A DNA stretch of 64,000 nucleotides from Lingula anatina. Its lineage: Eukaryota > Animalia > Brachiopoda. Below the pieces are notes generated by a model. That model was not told the origin of the DNA. It made no database searches and saw only the letters and a program-made list of their open reading frames with translations. This document shows, piece by piece, positions 51,402 through 64,000 of the stretch. How positions within the stretch are numbered: the first letter of the stretch is position 1; each line of letters begins with the position of its first letter. Location: positions 13,366,644-13,430,643 of the forward strand of contig CM120643.1 in NCBI GenBank assembly GCA_051362555.1, in the 5' to 3' direction. Made by a program: the position numbers and the translations under genes.

Positions 51402-53536
51402 TCATGACATTGTCTGATACATTTTTTCAACCCTACATCCACTCATAACAAACCTGAAGCCATCCTGAAAAGAAAAAAAAACAAAACGTGAAATTAATAC
51501 TTGGCAATAAAAACACTGTACGATTCAAAAAGTCTTCCGTATTCAAAATGTGTAGATTTATGGTTGACCCAACTGAACAAATGTAAACCTAAAGCTATGA
51601 AAAATTGCATATAAAATACGTCAAAGGCAGTCTCGTGTTAGCATGTATCAAAAAGGTGATTGTGCATTGATATGCACTTTTCTTTGTTGTTAGTTTTTAA
51701 AATATAATTATACACGTGTTGGGGAGTTACAGTACGCGCAAAATAGAATGAAAGTTATTGCAACGAGTTCAGTCTCGGATTATTTAAAAAACAACTGCAT
51801 TTTATTTGATTTTACCTCCGTAGGTAATGTAACTCCGATGCACATACCACGTTATTTAAATATTGCTACAACGATGGATAATAGCTTTTTGGCAAATTTA
51901 TGGTTATCTTTCAGCTGTTGTGTAATCCAGGATCTCGTTTTAAACATACGTATGCATTACACACATCTATATAGACGCACGTAAACAGAAAACAAGACTT
52001 GTTCAGATGGGCATCATATAGCTTTATACAACGAACATTTGACACCCGATTTCTGCCTTTTCAATTACTAAATATTCATTATTCATTTGTTAATACCGGG
52101 CGTGTATTCAAAGCTTTGTGTTCCGTTCTGTTGTTCATCAACGTAGGTTTAATTATCAGCGGGATATCGAGGCTATTTTCCCATATTTTGGTAAGACGGG
52201 CTTGTGTGCCCAAATGCGTAATTCTGGTTATTTTCACTTGAAATCAACCAATTTGTCACCCTTTGCCCAAAACTCTTTTTTTTACTGCCTTGCATACATT
52301 CTTTTTGGTAATAGATTAATCTTCTCTGTTTCGGTGACTAAATTAATTTTAAAACGTTTACACGTATGTCATCTTACGGTGACGTCACAATTGCGATTTA
52401 GGGGAAAAAACCGAAAAATTGCTTCCTCAAATATCTCTTTTACCTAAACAAACACGATCACTGTTTCAATGCCAATTTAATGACATAATTTAGTACTTCA
52501 AAACACTGCCAGCGATTTTTCTTAAAAGTCTTAGTTCAGATTTTATCGTTGATAAAGCAAAAGAATGCCTTTGTTTAAGGAAAATCAGTAATTAGGGGCT
52601 CATAACTCGATCCATAACCAATACATTTAAAGCAAAATGACGACACGGGATTGTAGCTCATACACTCGTGGCTAACTTTTCCAATTGATAAAATCTTGTT
52701 CAATGAAGAAGTTAAGCCCCGTATCGATTGATATCTCACCTCAAAATATGGGTGTTTAATTGACGATTAAAGCTGTGATTTGCCTATGCTTATACACTGC
52801 AACGAGAAATATTTTATGTTTCACTATTTCGATATTTTATCTTTTCGAGGTTTATTTATTGTATTAAATCAGCAGAAAGATAATTTAATAATTAGATGCA
52901 GGAAACACCTCATTTTCTGTATCTGGATGATAATAAAGGGTTACAATACCGTTAAGACAAGTGTGACTGAAAGAATTATATCAAAAGACAAAAAAATGTA
53001 AAACGTCAACCTGCATGCCATGACAGATTTCCACAGCTCTGCCGTGACCAGGATTCGAACCTGGGTTGTCTCGGCCACAACGAGAAGTACTAACCACTAT
53101 ACGATCACGGCCCGTACTGCAGGTACGATCAATTGACAACACGTGTAAACCTGGCTTTGGCACGTGGTTTCTATTCATTCCTTAAAAAAACGATTTATCA
53201 AAATTATACAGGTATTACGGGCGGGGCACGCACTGTATCCCCTTTTGAACCAGTCTTACTCTTGTGTTTACACCTTGTAAGATAAAAAGCGCCCATATAA
53301 AAAAGAAGCAGCAATAGAAATAAGGTGATGCAGAGGGTGGCCAGATATCCTGTGGGTTAAGTAATTCTTTCTAAACACTAGATACTTTTTTGTTTCTGAT
53401 ATTGCTATCCAGTGGCTAGAAATTGTTGCTCTCCTTAGGATAATTGTTCAGAGGAAAACAATTTTATCCGATGGAAAGTGCAACTGTTATCCATAGGGTA
53501 GCTCTCTCCAGCATTCATAAAACTGGGATAGCGTTT

Positions 53537-53572
<36 letters not shown>

Positions 53573-56500
53573 CTAACTCGGACTCGTGACGAGAGCTGTC
53601 AGGAAAAGTGACCGATTTGTATGTGCTTAAGAACATTGCTAATTTTGTTAGCATTATTTAGAACAATAGCCTTGTAAGTATTTATCGTATAGCCACATTT
53701 CGTTTTTGATATTGTAGTTGCTGTGAAGAAAACTTCTTGTAACGATTACACGGTAGGCCTATCTAAAATCAACAAAAGATCTCCTGCATGCCATGACAGA
53801 ATTCCACAGCCCTGCCGTGACCAGGATTCGACCCTGGGTTGTCTCGGCCACAACGAGAAGTACTAACCACTATACGATCAAGGCCCGTATTACAGGTGAA
53901 AACAAAGTCAACGGCACGTGTAAACGCGACTTTGATTCGTGGTTGTTATAGCTTTTTAAGTACCAGAATTTGGCATAATAATAACACATAAAATTACGGG
54001 CCGCTCACTATACCTGTCCTTTTTTTCACTAGTCTTACTTTTTTTCTCAATTTGTAAAAAAAAATATATATATATATATACGGCGTTTCTGTATTCTTAT
54101 TTGCCGAACTGATAAGAGCTTGCGGGAAAAGTGGCCGATAGGTATAGCTTATGTAAATTTACTGATTCTGTTGGCATGATTTAGATCAATAGATTAATAA
54201 GTATTTATCTTAATGCCACATTTCGTTGTTGATATTGTAATATAGCAGGGGTTTTGAGTACTAAATGGTGTCATTAAATTTGCGATGACACGGTGATCGT
54301 GGGTGCTCAGGTAAAAGAGAAATTTGAGAACACGATTTTTCAGTTTTTATCCCAAAATCGCAATTGTGACGTTACCCTTTAGATGACATGCGTGTAAATG
54401 TTAATTAATTTAGTCATTGGAACACTGAAGATTTATCTATTACCCAAAACAATGTATGTAAGGCAGTAAATAAGGAGTCTTGGGCGGAGGGCAACTATGT
54501 CCTTGATAATAAAAAGACAAAAGAAGTCCTGCATGCCATGACAGAATTCCACAGCTCTGCCGCGACCAGGATTCGAACCTGGGTTGTCTCGGCCACAACG
54601 AGAAGTACTAACCACTATACGATCACGGCCTGTACTGCAGGTAGTGACCACTGCGACAGCACGTGTGAACCCGTCTTTGATGCGTGGTATAGTTATTGAT
54701 TCTTGGCAAAATCGTAGAAGATATATAACAAACGGGACGTGCACTGCGTCCTTTTACTCACCAGTCTTATTATATTATTTACAATGTGTAAAACATATAT
54801 GCGTCTTAATTGAAAAATATTTTAAAAAGTAGCAGTAACAGAAAGAAAAACAGTGTTAACCAATATACGATCACAGCCAGTATTGCAGGTAGACATACGT
54901 GTTAGACAGTATGTGACTCTCGGTTTTTATTGATTCAAAAATATTAAAGATGCATACAAAGTCAATTTTTTGTCACAAAAAACTACCAAAATGCCAGCAT
55001 ATAGTTTCAAGTAGTATAACTAAGAGAATTACCAAAAGGCAATGTTTAATTTTACCCGAAAATGATGTTTGAACAGATTTTTCTGCTAGCATTCTATGCT
55101 GTATGTCAATGGGGAAGAAAAGTAGGTCACGAAAGTAGGTTAAATTTCTGACCAGAAATTTGAAGAAAGGAGCAGTCTAAAGCTCTTTTATGGCTGATCG
55201 AGTGATCTATTCAGTTTATCCCTTGGCATGTCGAATTTATTTGAGTCGTATAAGAAACTAGTAGAAGTGGTTTACATGTGTTACTGGGAATCCACACTCC
55301 ACCGATGCTCGGTTCGTATGTACCTTTAAATTTTGGCAAAAAAATAACATAATAGATTAAGAACGGAACTCGCAGTTCACTTTTCTTACTAGTCTTACTA
55401 CTCTGCTCCCAATCTGTAAAACAAAAGATATAGCTGTCGCACCTGCTCTGCAAGTGTTAACTTTGACAAACGTATCGACTCACCCGTATAGAATATGGAA
55501 CCGATTTCCAGAACTCCACGTTTGGAAGCAATTCTACTCCAGACTTTCCTTTTGCTTTGTAGTTATACGCCACACCGGCTATAAGGTATACAACCACAAG
55601 GACCAAGACTCTGGAGAGTACAAGAAAAATGTGAAATTAGAGTCGGTCTGAGCTCAGACCCCCTAAAGAAGTGGGTCCGAGGGTTGAGGTTCGTATGTGT
55701 GTGAGGGTCAACCAAATAAATAAATAAATAAAATAAATTAAGTGGCGGGAGGGTGAAGCAGAGAGACAGTTTTTTCTTTTCTTTAATCCAGTTACACGGT
55801 TACTAACGGTCAGCCCACGCATATAAGTATAAAAAGAAATAAGATATGTTTCGAAAATATGATGAAATAGAAGATAAAGCACCCCATTTCTTAATAATCA
55901 TGGCCTCTGGAATAAATTATTTTGCATTATTCAACAGACATCATTCTCCGTAATTCTGATCATTACCAGTGCATGGTGTTCACATTTACTTACATGATAA
56001 TAAGAATTGTCCCGCCGCTTAACCCGCCTCCGCCTAGCGGAGCTCCAGAGAAACAAGCATATTTGGACGTCAGCGTCATATACTATAGGAAAAGCGAAAA
56101 GATTAACATAAAAATGACACGTAATTAAAAAAAAAAAAAAACTAGACCAGGATCTTTTAAAAAAATAACCCATTCTATATTTTAGACACACTGGTAGCTT
56201 CTATGAGTTTGATAAATTAGCCTAAAAACCAGGAATTAATTTCCCTGTTCGTCCAACATCAAAGTAGCAAAGTAGTCTGCACTGTTTCCACTACGCAAAA
56301 GATTAGGCTGTCAACAATCAATTTAATGTTGCAATCCACTGTAGTCTCCATAGCGATATACATATGTAGCTAGTCAGCGTGTGTGACGCTCTCGAAGAAA
56401 CACAGTGACGGAAAGAGTGGATCTCTACTCGGCGAAATAGGAACAGCGTCACCATTGAGCCCTACCCTCTACCAGGGTCGCAGATTGAATTTTCTCTAGA

Positions 56501-58550
56501 TATTCACAGTTATGTTTTTGGCTAATTCATGATGCGATTCTCTTCAGTGAAGAAGTAGCTTAAGAAAAATGCACATAACTAATCTGGTAGAGGGTAATGT
56601 TGAGTCCTATTCTAAATGCATACGCATACAAAGTGCAGGACGTAAATAGCTTACATCGTATACAAAAGATCAAGGACAATATATACTCACGTAGTTGGTG
56701 GGGTTGCTGGTGTCCTCCCCTGACGCTGTGAAGTCGCCCTCTTTATTCTGGTCACACACCAGTTTAACATGCCCCTTCCTGGGTGTTGGAGGAAAGTGAA
56801 TTAATTTGTTTTCAAATAAATTTATAAATAAATTGTTACATGGAATAAACAGATAAAAAATGATTTTTTTATTTGTAGATATATTCATTTGTATATTTAC
56901 ATATTTTGTCAGTATGAATCTTTTTCTTTCACTCGTCTATTAATATGCCTATTTCTTTTACCTCACAGTTGAATAAAATAAGATAATTAATGAGACCTAC
57001 TCATTCATCTATGCATTCACTCGCTCACTCTCTCACTCATCGTCCATCCATCCCCTCATCCAGTCAATCATTTATTTATTTATTTATTCATACTGACTTT
57101 ACCTCGCCGTGCCTGCTGTGTCAGTCGCCGTATAAACTAGTTGTAGCTTGCGGTCGTCTGCTGTGCTGAAGGCGGCGGTGTTCTGACTGCCTAATGGATA
57201 CCCTTGACTATAGACGTCCACTTGACACGCCTAATATACATATATAGTTATAAAACAACTTGTTATGGAGTTTTTTTTATTAATTTACCCTTCCTTTTTT
57301 CTTTGTCTGATTTGAAAACATGTAACCATTTAACCGACGGCATGTTCCAATGAAAAAGAGTTTCCAAGAATTTTTTTTCTTTTCTTCCACTTGTGTAGGG
57401 TGCGGGGGCTTGGGATTCTATTTTTAAATAGAATCACAACACACTGACCTTTTTAAGTCTGATTTAAACTTACAAACGCGCTGGTGCAACAACGCAAAAC
57501 CCACCCCACCCCACCCCCACCCGAACTCCATCATCTACACACAGATGGGTGACTGGAATCAGGTACCTGAATGCCAGAAGTCACCACCGCGCTGTAGACG
57601 CTGGAACTGTAACACACACCCCGCCCCCGCCCTCCAACCCCCCAACCCCACAGGTGGGCGACTAGAATCTCTTCACTGCCAATACTCACCGCCACGCTGG
57701 TACAGCCTCCGGTGGGGCCGTCACTACCAGCAAAGTCTGTGCACGGATTCCAGTTGTACGTGTACGAATCGGTGCCAACTGAACTGAACCTGGGGAATGA
57801 ATTAATGAATGAGAGACAAGATAAATGAATGAATGAGTCAATGAATGAATGAGAGATAGGACACCATAAATGGGACGGTCCTGCCCGGCGTTCTTTTTTT
57901 ATAATAATAATAATAATAATAATAATAATGCACTTTTACAGTTTAACTTTTTTACCCCAGTCAAAGACGGATATAACGTTTTTAGTTTTTAGTTTAATCT
58001 ATAGGCTACATGCCTGTTTTACAAAAGAACATTAGACTCGTCTGTTTATTGGTAAATTCTAACTGTTAGACCAAGACTTAATGCAGGGCGATTATGTAAT
58101 TTTCTACTGAATTAGAACTCGGATACATGATACATGATACATGATTACAAGTGATATTAAACAGTAGCTGCTTCATTCTTGTTATAAAACAGACACAACA
58201 TTCCCATTAAAAAAAAATCTTAGGTCAGAGTAGGGGTCAGTCACTGTTACCTTCACTTTCGCTTTCACAGCACAGGTAGGCTAAATACCATAAGACTGGG
58301 GGATAGTTCATCTTTAAAAATGTTTGATTGAAGATGAACTATAAAATGTTCTGGATAAAGCACGATTTACTGACCGGGGAGTCCCATCGCTGTTCGACAC
58401 AGGGGTCAAGTCCAGTGTTCCCTGGTCATTCTGACAACTGCAGGGTCCGGTCTTCTGGCAGCTTTGTCCGGAGACACCTGACCACAGAAGCGTCACAGCA
58501 GCGGTCAGTACCAGGAGTGACTGCCCACTGACCTCTCTATACAGCGCCAT
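51402..58550 (-). CDS. Cation-dependent mannose-6-phosphate receptor / Atg27-like single-MRH-domain membrane protein (7 coding exons)
   Basis: Signal peptide, then CQKTGPCSC..GTLDLTP, YNWNPC, ACQV..YPLG, VKLVCD, MTLTSKYAC, a TM helix and GVELLPNVEFWKSVP. The last exon 51464-51402 encodes DGFRFVMSGCRVEKMYQTMS*. Phases join. Confidence 0.85.
52258..52510. repeat. ~250-bp dispersed repeat with an inverted homologue at 54244-54495
   Basis: TTTACTGCCTTGCATACATT...GTCACAATTGCGATTT...TTTAGTACTTCAAAACACTGC aligns throughout with the reverse complement of 54244-54495. Confidence 0.8.
53040..53111 (-). tRNA. tRNA-His (GTG), intact
   Basis: GCCGTGATCGTATAGTGGTTAGTACTTCTCGTTGTGGCCGAGACAACCCAGGTTCGAATCCTGGTCACGGCA: full cloverleaf, A and B boxes, downstream T-run. 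Confidence 0.96.
53813..53884 (-). tRNA. tRNA-His (GTG) variant, probably a pseudogene
   Basis: G4>T creates an acceptor-stem mismatch, and the B box is changed to GGGTCGAA (T54>G). Confidence 0.8.
54558..54629 (-). tRNA. tRNA-His (GTG) with one U-G wobble in the acceptor stem
   Basis: Identical to copy 1 except that the 3' acceptor strand reads TCGCGGC. Confidence 0.92.
54857..54891 (-). pseudogene. Relic 5' fragment of a fourth tRNA-His unit with its leader
   Basis: TAACCAATATACGATCACAGCCAGTATTGCAGGTA matches the first ~21 tRNA nt plus the conserved leader. Confidence 0.7.
56463..56596. mobile_element. MITE family B, copy 2
   Basis: Perfect 13-bp inverted repeat TACCCTCTACCAG / CTGGTAGAGGGTA. 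Confidence 0.75.
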
Positions 58551-59279
58551 GATATGCTGAAACCAGGGTGATTTGAAACCCGTGTCCAGTCTAGTTAAAG
58601 ATTGTGTTATCACGTCCTATAATAACAGAGAGACATCACTGAGACTGATATCTAAATCACAGTTTGCTTGTTTGATAAGTGGTAAGTTTACTTTTAAATT
58701 GTGTTCACAGAATCATACCATGCTATACAAGTTCCAAAATTGACTGATAGACTTTTATTTCATTTTTAACCTTGCATTTTAGTTATTTTGTTTTAAATTT
58801 GTCCATATATGTCTTTTAATATTCCTTTATTCTTATTCACTAGTAGTTAAATTCAACTATGATGCAAAGAATGTGTTTATCCAATTCTCTGGTTGCAAAT
58901 TTGATAATAATACTCGAGTAGTCGTCAGTAGGCTCTGGTTTAACGATGCTGATTGCAATAAAGTCTTCGTAATGCAATTTTTTGATGTGGAACTCCTACC
59001 TGAAATGAATCGAAGGACAAATTAGATCAGGATAAGGGGGGAACAGGTTCAGGTGATATTTTTGTAATGTCACCCTGTTACTCCTCTCCCCCTTCATTAT
59101 TTTAACCAGGATAAGTCGGCAAAAGCAGCTTACTCACAGACCCAAAGTGTTCAAATAACAAAGAAGTCTGAAGACTCCATGACTAAAGGATCTTGACTTA
59201 CTGTTGTCTTGTTTTGGTCGGTCTGCCAGGTCAGAAATGAACTTGGAAGATAATCACGTCAGATACTGACATACATGTC

Positions 59280-59805
59280 TCGTCATGTGACGATAACAAC
59301 TTTAAATCACAGACGCCGAAGTGAGGATGTTCCACGTGACACTGACCATAGGTGTAAATAAGTGCAGAAATGGCCTTATGACCACGAACTAAAATAACCA
59401 ATAATGTAAAACAATTTAAGAAAGACAATAAGACTCACGTCGCTTTAAGTGTTTTGTCTTATCGACTTCACTGGTATCACTGTCACATGAATATGATCAT
59501 CCCTGTCTTCGTATCACAAGAACCTGCCTCTTGTAATGTTGCACTAACGAGGCCAAGCAGAAGACGTCTAGTCTTCATAAGTAACATATTAAGAATTTTC
59601 TAGTGGCTGTAAAGTTTACGACGCAGGTCCATTCTTTATATATGTCATCTTGGCAGTAAGATAACACCTTCACGTGACACGTAGTAGGGCCTCAGCACGA
59701 GTTTGATTTGAACAAACAAGATGTCCCCTTGGCAGTTGGCTCTCTGTATCTCCCTAAACGAGCTTTGAAGATACAAGTTAGTTTAGAGAAGCTATTTATA
59801 TAAAG
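59280..59805. promoter_or_regulatory. Upstream region of the MRH-receptor gene with clustered CLEAR/M-box-type E-boxes
   Basis: GTCATGTGAC (59282), CCACGTGAC (59332), GTCACATGA (59482), TCACGTGAC (59670) and a minus-strand TATA-like TATATAAATA (~59793-59802). Confidence 0.5.
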
Positions 59806-61006
59806 ACACGGTAACGCGCTGTCCAGAGTCAAAACTGTCTTCCTTTAAAACGTTTTCATCAGACCTGCCTCGAGTGCTCCCCTCTCCCAACACCATGCAT
59901 GGTGTAGTTAAACCTGAACCTTCTTTGTCCCTCTTTTTATCCAAACGGTCAACAAAGAAATATTTGATTAAGCAGGAATTGACCTTTCACCTTTTAACAA
60001 AATAAAACGACACCAAGGAACATATTTACAAAATTGTTCTTTTATTTTTGAGTTTAGGTATTTGAGTTCACAAGTGCGTTTTTTTTTTTTTCAATAAATC
60101 GTATCGGACAACTTTTCATGCCTCTTGTATAATTAAAACAACCAATATCTCCGTCTCTCGCTATGTACAATTTCTATTTAGTTTTTTTTCTGTATTTTAA
60201 GTTGCTTAAACACAGTGGGAAACTTCTCTGACATGCTTCCTTTTTTATGAAACACACTGCCATACCATTGCTGAACAACGTCTTCTCACTTCGATGATAA
60301 AACGATTTCTTTGAAGCTGTATGCCACAAATGACTTCTTACAATATATCAAGGCCACAAAAATGAAGAGGAAACAAATGAAAGGTTCCCGACAATGGCAT
60401 ACATATCAAATCACACAAACTTATGTATTGTCATAACATAAATCGTGAAACTATTTGTATGTAATTCGTCCTTCTGCCTCAAAATATAACGGGATACGAT
60501 CCCGATACCTTGCTTTAAATGAGACGCTGTTACATAGTTTACGTCATAATTGGCTAATTGTACTTGCAACAATGTCACACTGTTGCTGACAGCATTCTGA
60601 TTCAACTTCACTTTTTTAAAGGCCACGCGACCTGGTGATAAATGTAGGTCCACTTCTTACAGTAGCCATATTAATGGCACTTTATTTTCCAAAGATTTTC
60701 TGTCAGTTCTTTTCGACAAATACTTTCAGTTTAATGTGGTACTCTGCCATTTTCAGCATTAGTCTTTCCAGAAAAGCCATCTCCTTTTAATAATACTGTA
60801 ATTTTCCACTCGGTGTTTCCCATTTTCTTTTGTGCACATTTTGGGGTCTCTTGGGGCACTTTCATAGAGTGCTCACATTTCTGACGGCCCGAGGCCAGTT
60901 ATAACCTACATAAATGAGCCCCATTTTTTTGCACGTTGGACCCGAACGACACCCACGTTCCAACTGTCGCGGAAGTTCTACAAAGAAAAGATTGGTTTCC
61001 CGTCAT

Positions 61007-63961
<2,955 letters not shown>

Positions 63962-64000
63962 TTAACTATTTTCAGTTTTAGCATTTATTTCAACCTTCAT

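Noticed and set aside
53335-53530. TATCC..TGG..A quasi-palindromes between tRNA copies 1 and 2
   Set aside because: Probably a decayed MITE, but too degenerate to define ends.
52981-54832. ORFs containing VVSTSRCGRDNPGSNPG
   Set aside because: They are translations of the tRNA-His genes.
55357-55413. Proximal alternative last exon for the MRH receptor (IGSRVVRLVRKVNCEFRS*)
   Set aside because: It is possible after a 70-nt intron, but it lacks the family-typical DG.F and YxxPhi ending present at 51464-51402.

Overview
AT-rich, intron-rich animal DNA, probably a lophotrochozoan such as a mollusc (inferred from gene and repeat style, not proven). By hand-splicing GT-AG exons I find eight protein-coding genes: a MAM/CUB/LDLa type-I membrane protein (+), a C2H2 zinc-finger gene (-), a CD36-family SCARB2/LIMP-2-like receptor (+), a small secreted Cys-rich protein (+), TPX2 (-), anamorsin/CIAPIN1 (+), a CD-MPR/Atg27-like MRH receptor (-) and the 3' part of FACT subunit SPT16 (-). 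The window also holds three tRNA-His(GTG) genes inside the last intron of the MRH-receptor gene, a 3.6-kb non-autonomous Helentron-type element carrying a 146-bp satellite, several MITEs and microsatellites. The most striking observations are: (1) a conserved leader and trailer on the tRNA-His genes that mimic the acceptor stem and could strand-swap with it; (2) a ~125-bp segment shared in antisense orientation by the SCARB2-like and TPX2 3' UTRs; (3) exon ends echoed into adjacent introns, one case giving four in-frame 5' splice sites; (4) CLEAR/M-box motifs upstream of both lysosomal sorting receptors. All gene models are manual and exon edges may be off by a few nt.
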